Below are positions 36,817 through 46,480 of a DNA stretch of 64,000 bases, piece by piece. Source of the stretch: Saprospiraceae bacterium (GTDB taxonomy: Bacteria; Bacteroidota; Bacteroidia; Chitinophagales; Saprospiraceae). Under the pieces are notes generated by a model. The model was not told where the DNA came from. It did not search any database and was given only the letters and a program-made list of their open reading frames with translations. Position numbers and translations under genes: made by a program. The stretch is from assembly GCA_046329325.1 (NCBI GenBank), contig JAXLUU010000001.1, forward strand, positions 1,305,997 through 1,369,996, in the 5' to 3' direction. Positions within the stretch are counted from its first letter, which is position 1. The number at the start of each line of letters is the position of its first letter.

Positions 36817-37869
36817 CACAAACGGAAACATAGCTATACGAGCAAGTAGATTTTACAGTATCTGATGTAATTTCAGCAATGGCTTCAGTAAAGAATTGAC
36901 TCAACATGGATAAATCTTTAAAGTATCGATTTGTAAATTTTCTTTTGATTGTCTTCCAAATTTTCTCAGCAGGATTTAATTCTGGGCTGTAGGGTGGCAA
37001 GAATAAGAGTGCGATATTTGGTGGAATGGTTAAGTTCTTAGCTTTATGAAAAGCACCGTTGTCCAGGACAATTATTTTGAATTCACGGGGTTTAGTTTCA
37101 CAGAACTGGTCTAAGTATAGCTGAAAGGTATCTGAATTACAAAAAGGCATTTCCAACAAGAATTTATCTCCCGTGATGGGTGAAAATGCTCCAAATAAGT
37201 AGGTAAATTGAAATACCTGTTGAAAGGTACATACAGGTTGCACTCCTTTAGCAGTTAAGCCTCTGCCATACTTTGTGTGTAAGCCAAAACGGCTCTCGTC
37301 TTCAAAATATAGATTTATGCTCTCAAATTCAGGAGAAACCTCTAAGGCAATAGAAGTTATTTTTTGCGTAAAGTTTTTTTAAAAGTGTCAACAGCCATTT
37401 CATCTTTCTTAACGTGGCTTTTTCTTGCTACTTTGACGCTAGAACCAAAATTTCTCATAGCGTACTTTAAAATAGTATTATAACGAACTTCCTTCTTGAA
37501 CTCTTTCTGAATCCATTGCTGCAATTCAATATAGCCGGCAAGACCATTCTTTGGATCCTTCAATTTCTGTTCAATTATCTTCTTCTCTTCAGCAGAAATA
37601 ACGGATGGTTTACCGCTATTTCCTTTTCTGCCATTCATTAATAGTTTTTCTAATCCACCCTCTTTGTACAAAGTTCTCCAATTCTGTATACTTTGACTAC
37701 AAGCTCCAACTTCATCCATTAAAGCTCTCTTGGATATCCCAGAATCAGAATTTTGCTTCATTAAAATCAGCATCTTAATTCGAGGGGACATCATCGTTGA
37801 TGATGATTTTAATAAATGTCTAAGCTCCTTGATCGTTTCCTTAACTGGTATTTGTAAAGAATATGACAT
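36797..37869 (-). CDS. IS630-family DDE transposase, OrfA/OrfB requiring a -1 frameshift near 37360-37380
   Basis: OrfA (37869-37357) is an HTH domain. The -1 frame is open from 37379 and reads KNFTQKITSIALEVSPEFESINLYFEDESRFGL...IIVLDNGAFH...YSPELNPAEKIW (D, D, E triad). The overlap window contains A7 and A6 runs. The fused product would be about 357 aa. Confidence 0.8.
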
Positions 37870-37888
37870 AATGAATTATATTTAAGAC

Positions 37889-37896
37889 CAAAGATA
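37889..37896 (-). promoter_or_regulatory. -7 promoter box (TATCTTTG on the minus strand) inside the IS, upstream of orfA
   Basis: Plus-strand caaagata. 19 nt upstream of the orfA ATG at 37869. Confidence 0.4.
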
Positions 37897-37918
37897 CTAC
37901 AAAAAAAACAATATCCAA

Positions 37919-37946
37919 ATTATTGGTCTATTATTTATTTCATTTT
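37919..37946. repeat. IS630 terminal inverted repeat (right in plus coordinates)
   Basis: The reverse complement aaaatgaaataaataatagaccaataat matches the left repeat at 24 of 28 positions. Confidence 0.55.
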
Positions 37947-38030
37947 AGTATAATAAAGGATTTCTGCAAAGCGTGAACAATAAATTTCCTTATTCAGATT
38001 GGATAACAAATCAATTCAAAATGATGGGAT

Positions 38031-38066
38031 GTTAAATAGAAAGGGCACCATCATACGAAGTGCCCT
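38031..38066 (-). terminator. Probable intrinsic terminator after the DUF3078-like gene
   Basis: Minus strand reads AGGGCAC-(11 nt)-GUGCCCU followed by UUUCUAUUU. The U-tract is interrupted. Confidence 0.5.
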
Positions 38067-38087
38067 ATTAAAAATATGTATGCTGAA

Positions 38088-39134
38088 CTAAAAATTCCTG
38101 TTATAAGTAAGTAGCAATTGTTGAATCAGGTTAACACGTTTGCCTGTTCCGTTTACTCCACCCACTGCGTTTCTATCAGAAATACTGTTGGTCTTGTTAT
38201 CATCATAGTATGCGTCGAGCCTGAAATTGAGATTAAAGCCCTTGAAAATTTCCAGACTGATATTATTGAGCCAGGTAACATCGATATTCTGTGGGTTGTC
38301 AAGATAATCTGAAAAAAGCAGCAATTCAGAGCCCAATATGATTCGATTATATATTTTAGCGGTGTAGCCACCACGAGCCAGAGCCCCAATGCCAGTTAAT
38401 GATTTATTATAATCGGAACTATTTTCTTTTTTCTTGGTTCCGTGGACACCCAGATTGGCGATCGCCTGATCTGAAACAATGATTGATTTTAGTGCAACCG
38501 GAGAAAGGAACAGGTACCAATTTTCCTTTTTCTGATATTTCATACCAATCGCGAAAGTTATATTGGCCGGAGAAAAGAGTTTTGAAACCAGCGTGGTGTT
38601 ATACGGGGCAGTATGTAGATCTTTCAAGTAAATTTTGTTATTGGCAGAATCTTTGTAAGAACCGGTAAATTGGGAGAGGAAGAACAAATCGGTTGAGTAA
38701 GCCCAATGAGATTCTTTATTGACTTTATAAGCCAAGTTAGAGCTCAGTGTAAGGATATCGAGTGCTTTTTCGAAGGGAACCTTTTCATTAGAATTAATGC
38801 CTAAGGTACCGCTTCCAATTCTTTGAGCTGAATAGTTTATATTAAAATCATTATTCCATCGAAAGAGGCCCTTTTTCAAAATTGCTTTATAGGCAATGGC
38901 TCCCCCTACGCCAAGCCTGTTGGATCCTCCTCCAACGTATGGGTTAATGTTTGCCAACTGGCCAAGGTCCAAACCAAGCGCACCTTTACGTATCCAGCCA
39001 TCTTTTTCTTCCATTTTCATGGAAGCATCCATTAATTTTTTTCTCTCGGCTTCCTGTGCCGCTGCGTTATCCGCCTGTGCAAACAGGGTAGATAAACCGG
39101 TTGAAATCAACAGAAAATAAAGTACTTTTTTCAT
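38088..39134 (-). CDS. Outer-membrane protein (DUF3078-like, from memory)
   Basis: 348 aa. Signal peptide ...LFAQA. Gly/aromatic beta-strand pattern. C-terminal ...YNRNF. Confidence 0.5.
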   Translation of the reverse strand: MKKVLYFLLISTGLSTLFAQADNAAAQEAERKKLMDASMKMEEKDGWIRKGALGLDLGQLANINPYVGGGSNRLGVGGAIAYKAILKKGLFRWNNDFNINYSAQRIGSGTLGINSNEKVPFEKALDILTLSSNLAYKVNKESHWAYSTDLFFLSQFTGSYKDSANNKIYLKDLHTAPYNTTLVSKLFSPANITFAIGMKYQKKENWYLFLSPVALKSIIVSDQAIANLGVHGTKKKENSSDYNKSLTGIGALARGGYTAKIYNRIILGSELLLFSDYLDNPQNIDVTWLNNISLEIFKGFNLNFRLDAYYDDNKTNSISDRNAVGGVNGTGKRVNLIQQLLLTYNRNF

Positions 39135-40163
39135 AAAATAGTTATTTATTTGATAAGATGTAAAAATCTAAATTTTCCCAAAAAGTCAGCGCATTTAAAG
39201 CCAAAATAATTGTCCTCTCATCTGTCTTTTATAAACATTCGGATTTTGAATCACAATAATAGTGATGTTTCTAATATTTAAATTCACATTTTGTCTTACT
39301 CAAATTCTAAAGGTGACTTGAAAAATGATTACTTTAACCTTTGTTTTCTTATATCAAATTGCAATTAAAGCCAGTACAATGGTGGCCAGCATCTGAAGCA
39401 TTTTTGTTCTGATAAATTTGAACTTCCTTTTATATTAACATGATGCAATGATGTACCAATATACCGGAAAAACAATTCGAATCCGATCCGGTTTACAAAA
39501 ATAAAGAACAGATTAATGCTGGCGTAAGCGCCAAATTTTAATACCTCATTTGTTTTATTAAATATCCAAAAAAGTAATAACAAATTTCAACTGTATACTT
39601 AATTCCCAATTACGGATTTTCAAAAAAGGAAAAATAATTTTACGATCAGATATCATAGGAATTGAGTAATTAGCAATCAGGGGCAGGGTATGACACATTA
39701 CAAACTGGTCTTATATGCAGGTATGATGGTCAGATTTCGCTGCCTGGTTAACAAAGTATTGTAAGCGCTTTTATAGTCCATGGATTTTGATAAAATGTCA
39801 GTAGACCGGGTCCGACGAAATTGGGATTAACTGGTTTGACGGATACAAAAAAGTTATCAGTGTGTAGTCGCATTAAAAAACATTAATTATGGGAGAAATT
39901 GAGAGTTATTATATTTATAGCCATAAAATTCCCGAATCCATACAATGATAGGATACCAATATTATATTCCCGTCAATTTAAGTTTTATTGCAAATAATTT
40001 CAAGTGAAGTGTTGCAAAATTTGACTTGCTGAATTAAGATCTAATTTAACTATTATTTTCACCATTCAGAAAAGCTATTTAAATAAGGAAGATAACAGAA
40101 TTAGCAAACAAAATATTCTCACAACTTACAAACTTTATTGGCGAAAAGAAAGATTAAAGTAAC

Positions 40164-40171
40164 TAATTTTG
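40164..40171 (+). promoter_or_regulatory. -7 promoter box (TAATTTTG) upstream of the M28 peptidase gene
   Basis: Exact consensus. It lies inside the TTG-extended track ORF, which argues for the ATG at 40198 as the true start. Confidence 0.45.
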
Positions 40172-40197
40172 AGTCAGAATTTTATCAATCGTTGAAT

Positions 40198-41592
40198 ATG
40201 TATATGCGACAAATAATTATCACAATTCTTCTTGTGACGTATTGGAGTACAGCTGACTTTGGGCAGGCAGCTGAACAGGAGGAAAAAGCATTTACAATTA
40301 AGAAGATCCATGAAGAAGCTTTGACCAACCAAATGGCTTACAAATGGTTGTACTATCTTTCGGAAAAAATTGGTGGCAGGCTTGCTGGAAGCCCGCAGAG
40401 TATCGCTGCAGTTGAATTTACTCATCAGATTCTGGACACCCTCAACACGACCAAAGTCTGGAACCAACCCTGTGAAGTAAATTACTGGTATCGCGGGGAC
40501 AAAGAGGAAGTTCGGATCATCAATAATTCGATTATTGGCACAAAAGATCTTAAAGTGCTGGCCCTAGGAGGTTCAGGAGCCAGCGGAAAAGACGGCATTT
40601 CCGGTGAGGTTATCGAGGTAAAGAGTCTGGAAGAGGTCAAATTACTTGGTGCAAAAGCTAAGGATAACATTATTTTTTATAACAGGGCCTTTAACAATGG
40701 ACATTTGCGGACCTTCAATGCGTACGGAGAAAGTGTTGATCAACGCGTTTTTGGGCCTAACCTTGCTGCTAAAATGGGTGCGAGGGCATGCCTTGTACGT
40801 TCGATGACTGGTCGGCTTGATGATAATCCACACACTGGTGTTACCATTTTTGAGCCGATGTACAATCCAATACCTGCTCTCGGTGTGAGTACCAATGATG
40901 CCGAACTATTGTCTTCATTGCTAAAGCGATCAAAGGTGGAAGTCTTTGTTAAAACGACTTGTGAAGACCGGGGTAAAAAACAATCTTACAGTGTTATTGG
41001 CGAAATCCGTGGAAGTGAGAAGCCAGATGAAATAATATTAGTTGGAGGGCACCTCGATTCCTGGGATGTCGGCGGCGGTGCGCATGATGACGGAGCGGGT
41101 TGTGTTCACTCCATGGATGTATTTTATCTACTGAAGAAAATCAATTACAAGCCCAGAAGGACATTGCGCTGTGTCCTGTTTATGAACGAAGAAAACGGGT
41201 TAGCCGGTGGAAAGACCTATGCTGATATATCCGAAAAAGCAGGTGAACACCATTATGCAGCCATCGAAAGCGATGCCGGAGGTTTTGTACCTAAAGGATT
41301 TAGTTATGATGCTGACACCGGGATTGTCCGTAAGTACACCCCATTTTTTGCAGGATGGAATGAGCTCCTCGAGCCCTATGATATCAAGATTAATAAAGGA
41401 GGATCAGGTGCAGATATTGGTCCACTGAAAGGTCAGAAGGGTATACTGTTCGGATTAACACCAGATTCACAGCGATATTTTGACTTTCATCACACTGAAG
41501 TAGACCGAATCAGTGCCGTGCATCCACGCGAACTGGCTTTGGGTTCCGCTGCAATGGCGAGCCTTGTCTATCTGCTTGACCAGACTCCTTGA
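40198..41592 (+). CDS. M28-family aminopeptidase
   Basis: Trimmed to ATG 40198 (MYMRQIIITILL... signal). Metal-binding motifs GGHLDSWDVGGGAHDDGAG and FMNEENGLAGG. Confidence 0.8.
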   Translation: MYMRQIIITILLVTYWSTADFGQAAEQEEKAFTIKKIHEEALTNQMAYKWLYYLSEKIGGRLAGSPQSIAAVEFTHQILDTLNTTKVWNQPCEVNYWYRGDKEEVRIINNSIIGTKDLKVLALGGSGASGKDGISGEVIEVKSLEEVKLLGAKAKDNIIFYNRAFNNGHLRTFNAYGESVDQRVFGPNLAAKMGARACLVRSMTGRLDDNPHTGVTIFEPMYNPIPALGVSTNDAELLSSLLKRSKVEVFVKTTCEDRGKKQSYSVIGEIRGSEKPDEIILVGGHLDSWDVGGGAHDDGAGCVHSMDVFYLLKKINYKPRRTLRCVLFMNEENGLAGGKTYADISEKAGEHHYAAIESDAGGFVPKGFSYDADTGIVRKYTPFFAGWNELLEPYDIKINKGGSGADIGPLKGQKGILFGLTPDSQRYFDFHHTEVDRISAVHPRELALGSAAMASLVYLLDQTP

Positions 41593-42662
41593 AAAAAACA
41601 CGTTTTCGACAGGCTGGCGCGCAACTTGTGACCTGGGTTCAGGATAACGAGAGACAATTGCCCTGGAAGTCTGAAAGAGATCCATTCAAGATTTGGGTTT
41701 CAGAAATTATGCTGCAGCAGACCCGGGCAGAGCAGGTTACCGTCTATTATAAACGGTTTTTGGACCGATTTCCGACAATTAGCGCATTGGCAAGTGCTGA
41801 TGAAACAGATGTGCTGAGAATATGGGAGGGTCTGGGATATTATTCTCGTGCCAGAAACCTCCACAAAGCAGCTATTCAAATAATCAGGAATTATAATGGT
41901 GTATTTCCTTCAGATTATGATAAAATCAGAGCTTTGCCAGGCATCGGTGATTATACCGCAGCAGCGATCAGTGCATTTGCATTTGGTGCTTCTATGGCTG
42001 CAGTGGATGGCAATGCCATTCGTATCCTGTCACGCTATTTCGGCATTCTGGACTATCCGGATACGGCATTGTTGAAAAAAAAATATATGGAATATGCCCA
42101 AAATTGTCTGGGTGATTCCGACCCTGCCCACTTTAATCAGGGTATGATGGATTTAGGGGCCACGATCTGTATCCCCAGGCAACCTCTTTGTGACCAGTGC
42201 CCGATCAGTGAAGGTTGTTATGCCCGCCGCATGAAAATTACCTCGAATTTGCCGCCACCGCGCAAAAGAATTACGATAAAAGAACGGGTATTACAGTATG
42301 TTGTTATAACAGATGAAATCGGCAATACCCTGATCAGGCGTAGGGAGGGGAAAGATATCTGGTGCGGATTGTATGAATTTGTTTTGGAAGAAACAAAGGA
42401 AGAAACCCCACTCAGTTCACAAAAAATCAGATCTATCCTTACAAAAACAGGATTAATGTATCCTCTGAAAGTCCTTTCTGTAAAAGAGTATAAACATATA
42501 TTGACCCACCAAAGATTACTGGTAAAATTTTATCACGTGAAGCTGAAAGGCCGCATAAAAGAAAAAAATTATTCCGGATATCAAGCCGAAAGTGTCAAAA
42601 ACTTGTTGAATTTTGCATTTCCAAGAATCACCAGGGTATATTTGAGTCACGAAATCATTTAA
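41589..42662 (+). CDS. mutY: A/G-specific adenine DNA glycosylase
   Basis: 357 aa. HhH-GPD region LPGIGDYTAAAISAFAF. 4Fe-4S cluster CIPRQPLCDQCPISEGC. C-terminal NUDIX-like domain. TTG start overlaps the upstream stop (TTGA). Confidence 0.9.
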   Translation: MKKTRFRQAGAQLVTWVQDNERQLPWKSERDPFKIWVSEIMLQQTRAEQVTVYYKRFLDRFPTISALASADETDVLRIWEGLGYYSRARNLHKAAIQIIRNYNGVFPSDYDKIRALPGIGDYTAAAISAFAFGASMAAVDGNAIRILSRYFGILDYPDTALLKKKYMEYAQNCLGDSDPAHFNQGMMDLGATICIPRQPLCDQCPISEGCYARRMKITSNLPPPRKRITIKERVLQYVVITDEIGNTLIRRREGKDIWCGLYEFVLEETKEETPLSSQKIRSILTKTGLMYPLKVLSVKEYKHILTHQRLLVKFYHVKLKGRIKEKNYSGYQAESVKNLLNFAFPRITRVYLSHEII

Positions 42663-42671
42663 TAAGCGCGT

Positions 42672-43106
42672 ATGTTAAACAGGGTAATGCTGATCGGAAA
42701 TCTTGGAAAGGATCCCGAACTAAGAACAACAGAAAGCGGAGTTCCCAAGGCTAATTTTACCTTGGCCACCAACGAGAACTACAAAGACCGAAATGGTAAT
42801 TGGGTAAAATCAACTGAGTGGCATGACATCGTCATGTGGCGCGGGCTTGCAGAACGAGCCAAGGTACTGAGAAAGGGAATGCTTGTATATGTCGAAGGAA
42901 AACTCACCCATCGCAAATGGCAGGATCGCGATGGTAAGGACCATTATGCAGCAGAAGTAACGGTTGACCTGCTTAAAATTCTTGAGCGCAGAGAAGGAGG
43001 CCATTCGAATCCAACGTCTTCAAATGTCAATGCGCCAGAACATCGTGAACCAACCCGCGGCCAGGATTTTAGTCCCAATGTTGAGGATGATGACCTGCCA
43101 TTTTAA
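42672..43106 (+). CDS. ssb: Single-stranded DNA-binding protein
   Basis: 144 aa. MLNRVMLIGNLGKDPELR OB-fold N-terminus. Acidic tail ending DDDLPF. Confidence 0.92.
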   Translation: MLNRVMLIGNLGKDPELRTTESGVPKANFTLATNENYKDRNGNWVKSTEWHDIVMWRGLAERAKVLRKGMLVYVEGKLTHRKWQDRDGKDHYAAEVTVDLLKILERREGGHSNPTSSNVNAPEHREPTRGQDFSPNVEDDDLPF

Positions 43107-43126
43107 GCTTCCGTTTGTTGTCTTTT

Positions 43127-44536
43127 ATGGATAATTCAGATCCTTATTCGGCTCATTTTATTTTTATTGGTTTGCTGCAGATGGCGGGCGGTTGGGCTTT
43201 AACCTACAGTATTATAGGACTTGTCGTATTAATAATTTTTATAGGGTTAATTTCTGCAACTGAGATTGCGATATTTTCAATGACACCCACTGACATTGAG
43301 GATTTGCGAAACGATGATGAAAATGAAGCGGCCAAAACCTTAATTTATTTAAGAAACCACTCCAAGCGATTACTTGCCTTGTTGCTTATACTGGTAACGC
43401 TGATCAATATTGGAATAGCACTGGTATTTGAACATTTTCTGGATCAGGTATTACCGGAGGAATCTTATAACGGCGCCGCCACTTGGTTGCATGACACTTT
43501 TGGGCTTACAGATTACGGTATTGAAAGCATAACTTCATTTCTTAATTTTCTTATTGCAGTTGTCGGTTCAACCCTGGTGATTCTGTTGTTTGGAGAAGTC
43601 ACACCTAAAATATACGGGCAACTAAACAATAAGAAATTTGCTATTTCGATGGCCATGCCATTGCGCATAGCGGACATTCTTTTTTCTCCTTTGACATATT
43701 TTCTTGTTGGTATGAGTCATCGGGTTGAAAAAAAACTTCTCGAAAGAAAAATTGTAGGGAGCGCCTCCGCCAAGCAAGATCTGGACAAGGCCATCGAACT
43801 GGCAGTGAGCGAGGAGCATGGATCGGAGGAACAGGTTGGCATGCTCAAGGGTATTATCAAATTCAATGATGTAACCATCAAACAGATCATGAAACCGCGT
43901 ACAGACATTTGTGCGCTTGACTTTGATGAAAATTTTAACGAGACGATTAAAAACGTGCAACAGTACGGTTATTCCAGAATGCCTGTTTACCGGGGTGATC
44001 TTGACCACTTGACTGGAATTCTTTATGCAAAGGATCTTGTACCGTATCTTGATGAATTAGATCATTATGAGTGGCAGTCTCTTATTAGAAATAATTTATT
44101 TTACGTTCCGGAAAACCGTAAAATCAATGATCTGCTTCATGATTTTCAAAGCAAAAAAGTTCATATGGCCATTGTGGTGGATGAATATGGAGGGACAAGC
44201 GGTCTTGTCACACTCGAAGACATCATGGAGCAAATTGTAGGGGAAATACAAGATGAATTTGACGATCTGCACGACCTCAATTATACAATGCTTGATCAGA
44301 ATAATTACATATTTGAAGGTAAAACCTTGATCAATGATATGTGCAGGGTCTTGGGAATGGATACCAATTCTTTTAATAATGTCAGAGGTTCTGCGGATTC
44401 AATAGCAGGGCTTGTACTTGAGCATACCAGTGAAATGCCCAAGAGAGATCAGGAAATACAAGTACAAGGTATCAAATTCAAGATTGTGCAAGTTGATAAG
44501 CGAAGAATTGAAAAAATTAAAATCACGACGAAATAG
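43127..44536 (+). CDS. gldE: Gliding-motility-associated CNNM/CorC-type membrane protein GldE
   Basis: DUF21 TM region, CBS pair and CorC_HlyC C-terminal domain. The mutY-ssb-gldE-gldD order matches what I recall from Flavobacterium johnsoniae. I chose ATG 43127 over the TTG at 43115. Confidence 0.7.
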   Translation: MDNSDPYSAHFIFIGLLQMAGGWALTYSIIGLVVLIIFIGLISATEIAIFSMTPTDIEDLRNDDENEAAKTLIYLRNHSKRLLALLLILVTLINIGIALVFEHFLDQVLPEESYNGAATWLHDTFGLTDYGIESITSFLNFLIAVVGSTLVILLFGEVTPKIYGQLNNKKFAISMAMPLRIADILFSPLTYFLVGMSHRVEKKLLERKIVGSASAKQDLDKAIELAVSEEHGSEEQVGMLKGIIKFNDVTIKQIMKPRTDICALDFDENFNETIKNVQQYGYSRMPVYRGDLDHLTGILYAKDLVPYLDELDHYEWQSLIRNNLFYVPENRKINDLLHDFQSKKVHMAIVVDEYGGTSGLVTLEDIMEQIVGEIQDEFDDLHDLNYTMLDQNNYIFEGKTLINDMCRVLGMDTNSFNNVRGSADSIAGLVLEHTSEMPKRDQEIQVQGIKFKIVQVDKRRIEKIKITTK

Positions 44537-44537
44537 T

Positions 44538-45149
44538 TTGGGCCTGTTTTATTATTTCAGACCTTTCAGTGGAAAAATAATTTTAATACTTTTTTTACTG
44601 ATATCCGAAGGATGCAAGGAAAGAGTATTTAATCCAAAACCGCGGACATATCCAAGGGTAGATTTACCGGCTAAAAAATATGGTCTTTCATCGCCTGAAA
44701 ATTGTCCTTTCGAATTCAAGATACCAGTCTACGCCACTTATGAGAAGGATTCAACTTTTTTTGATACGCTCGCCGAACCATGCTGGTTCAATATTAAATT
44801 TGAATCACTGAACGCGAAGGTTTATTGTACTTATAAGCATCTCGAGAACCAAAAGGAATTAGGCAAGAGTGTTGAAGACAGTTATAAGTTTGTCAAGGAT
44901 CATCTGTTGAAGGCAGACTACATTGACGAATTCCCGGTAAAGAAATCAAACGGGGTAAGCGGAATAATATATGAAATTGAGGGTCCCACGGCAACTCCTT
45001 TTCAATTTTATCTTACCGACTCCTTGCAACATTTCTTAAGGGGGGCGTTATATTTTAATTCGCATATAGACCAGGATAGTCTGAAGCCATATTACGATTT
45101 TGTGAAGGAGGACATTATAGAAATGGTTAACAGTTTTAATTGGAAATAA
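44538..45149 (+). CDS. gldD: Gliding motility lipoprotein GldD (start uncertain, probably TTG 44538)
   Basis: Frame continues as (M)GLFYYFRPFSGKIILILFLLISEGC, a lipoprotein signal. It sits immediately downstream of gldE. The only in-frame ATG (44412) would overlap gldE by 125 nt. Confidence 0.55.
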   Translation: MGLFYYFRPFSGKIILILFLLISEGCKERVFNPKPRTYPRVDLPAKKYGLSSPENCPFEFKIPVYATYEKDSTFFDTLAEPCWFNIKFESLNAKVYCTYKHLENQKELGKSVEDSYKFVKDHLLKADYIDEFPVKKSNGVSGIIYEIEGPTATPFQFYLTDSLQHFLRGALYFNSHIDQDSLKPYYDFVKEDIIEMVNSFNWK

Positions 45150-45152
45150 AAA

Positions 45153-45173
45153 TAGCGGAAACAAGTTCCGCTA
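45153..45173. terminator. Hairpin between the convergent gldD and recA genes; T-rich tail on the minus strand
   Basis: tagcggaa-acaag-ttccgcta. The minus strand is followed by AUUUUUAUUU, so it most plausibly terminates recA transcripts. Confidence 0.5.
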
Positions 45174-45330
45174 TCAGATATATAAATAGGATAAGAAAAG
45201 TGGTCGATAATCTTCTTAAAAAGACTGATTACCAACCTGATATTTTGACTGATGTCGTGTGTCGTAAGGCATGCCAAAAATAATTTGATTTGAAGAATTC
45301 AGGAAGAATAATGCTAAATTTTTTTTATCC

Positions 45331-46374
45331 TTATTCTTCCGTTGAGGCCACCTCCGCTTTTACTAATTTACCAGTTGCTAATTTCTGTCTGATTTTCTCT
45401 TCTATTTCCCTGGAAACTTCCGGGTTGTCTAACATAAATTGTTTGGCGGCGTCCCTTCCCTGGGCAATCTTTGTGCCCTCATAAGAGTACCAACTTCCAC
45501 TTTTTCCAAGAACGTTAAGGTCAGAGCCAAGATCTACGATTTCTCCGCTGCGGCTAATTCCTATTCCATATTCAATGTCAAATTCAGCTATTTTGAAGGG
45601 AGGTGCCAGTTTATTTTTGACCACTTTAACTTTTACGCGATTTCCAGTAACGTTTCCGTCCTTATCCTTGATCGCATTTCCTGATTTGCGGATATCCAAT
45701 CTCATGGATGCATAAAACTTAAGCGCATTACCTCCAGTAGTGGTCTCTGGATTTCCGAACATGACGCCGATTTTCTCTCTGAGCTGGTTAATAAAAATGC
45801 AACAACATCCGGTTTTGCTCAGCGTTCCAGTCAACTTTCTCAGAGCCTGTGACATCAATCTGGCCTGTAGACCTACTTTGGCATCACCCATCTCACCTTC
45901 AATCTCACTTCTGGGTACCAGCGCTGCGACAGAGTCAATGACGATGATTTCGATCGCTCCTGATCTGATTAGGTTTTCGGCGATTTCGAGTGCTTGTTCA
46001 CCATTATCCGGCTGGCTAATCAGCAATTCTTCTGTATTAACACCCAGTCCTTCAGCATAAGTCCTGTCAAATGCATGTTCTGCGTCAATAAAAGCTGCAA
46101 TTCCGCCGTTTTTCTGACATTCGGCAATTGCGTGAATTGCCAGGGTTGTTTTACCGGAGGATTCAGGTCCATAAATCTCAATAACACGGCCTTTTGGGAA
46201 TCCTCCTATACCAAGACAAGCATCTAGGCTAATTGATCCACTGTGAATAATATCAACCTCATTAAGAACTGCTTTATCTCCTAATTTCATGATCGATCCC
46301 TTTCCATAGGTCTTCTCAAGTCTTTCTATGGTCAGTTGTAGTGCTTTTAATTTTTCATCTTTTTCTTTCGACAT
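45331..46374 (-). CDS. recA: Recombinase A
   Basis: 347 aa. Walker [49 protein letters not shown]. Confidence 0.97.
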   Translation of the reverse strand: MSKEKDEKLKALQLTIERLEKTYGKGSIMKLGDKAVLNEVDIIHSGSISLDACLGIGGFPKGRVIEIYGPESSGKTTLAIHAIAECQKNGGIAAFIDAEHAFDRTYAEGLGVNTEELLISQPDNGEQALEIAENLIRSGAIEIIVIDSVAALVPRSEIEGEMGDAKVGLQARLMSQALRKLTGTLSKTGCCCIFINQLREKIGVMFGNPETTTGGNALKFYASMRLDIRKSGNAIKDKDGNVTGNRVKVKVVKNKLAPPFKIAEFDIEYGIGISRSGEIVDLGSDLNVLGKSGSWYSYEGTKIAQGRDAAKQFMLDNPEVSREIEEKIRQKLATGKLVKAEVASTEE

Positions 46375-46394
46375 AGTAATTTTTTAATAGCTTG

Positions 46395-46402
46395 CAAAAT
46401 TA
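46395..46402 (-). promoter_or_regulatory. -7 promoter box (TAATTTTG on the minus strand) upstream of recA
   Basis: Plus-strand caaaatta. About 20 nt upstream of the recA ATG at 46374. Confidence 0.45.
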
Positions 46403-46480
46403 GCAGAATGTAGGATTATATTCTGAAATATTGTCATATATTTTTAGCAATTTTATGCGACCTAACTTTATTTTTACCGA

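Larger units (their letters stand above)
36789..37946 (-). mobile_element. IS630-family insertion sequence (about 1.16 kb), boundaries +/- about 10 bp
   Basis: Imperfect 28-bp terminal inverted repeats (24/28 identical, exact core agaccaataat) flank a two-frame DDE transposase. The size is typical for IS630/Tc1-mariner-like elements. Confidence 0.75.

Noticed and set aside
39365-39583. 72-aa minus-strand ORF as a real gene.
   Set aside because: It has a TTG start, no upstream promoter box and fragment-like hydrophobic sequence, with broken frames on both sides. I treat it as a possible remnant only.
43622-44008. 128-aa minus-strand ORF. Similar antisense ORFs include 60736-61155, 48857-49339, 1249-1620, 19033-19380 and 34073-34399.
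   Set aside because: Each lies entirely antisense to, or out of frame within, a gene with strong family motifs (gldE, ruvA, PagL-like/SPFH, M48, glmS, M16). Their composition is that of the shadow of the real frame and they have no recognisable motifs.
44412-44537. ATG at 44412 as the gldD start.
   Set aside because: It would overlap gldE by 125 nt in another frame. The lipoprotein signal begins right after the gldE stop, so a TTG start at 44538 is more plausible. This remains uncertain.
45092-45277. 61-aa minus-strand ORF downstream of recA, checked as a possible recX-like gene.
   Set aside because: It has a TTG start, overlaps the 3' end of gldD and the intergenic hairpin, shows no RecX-like sequence and is much too short.
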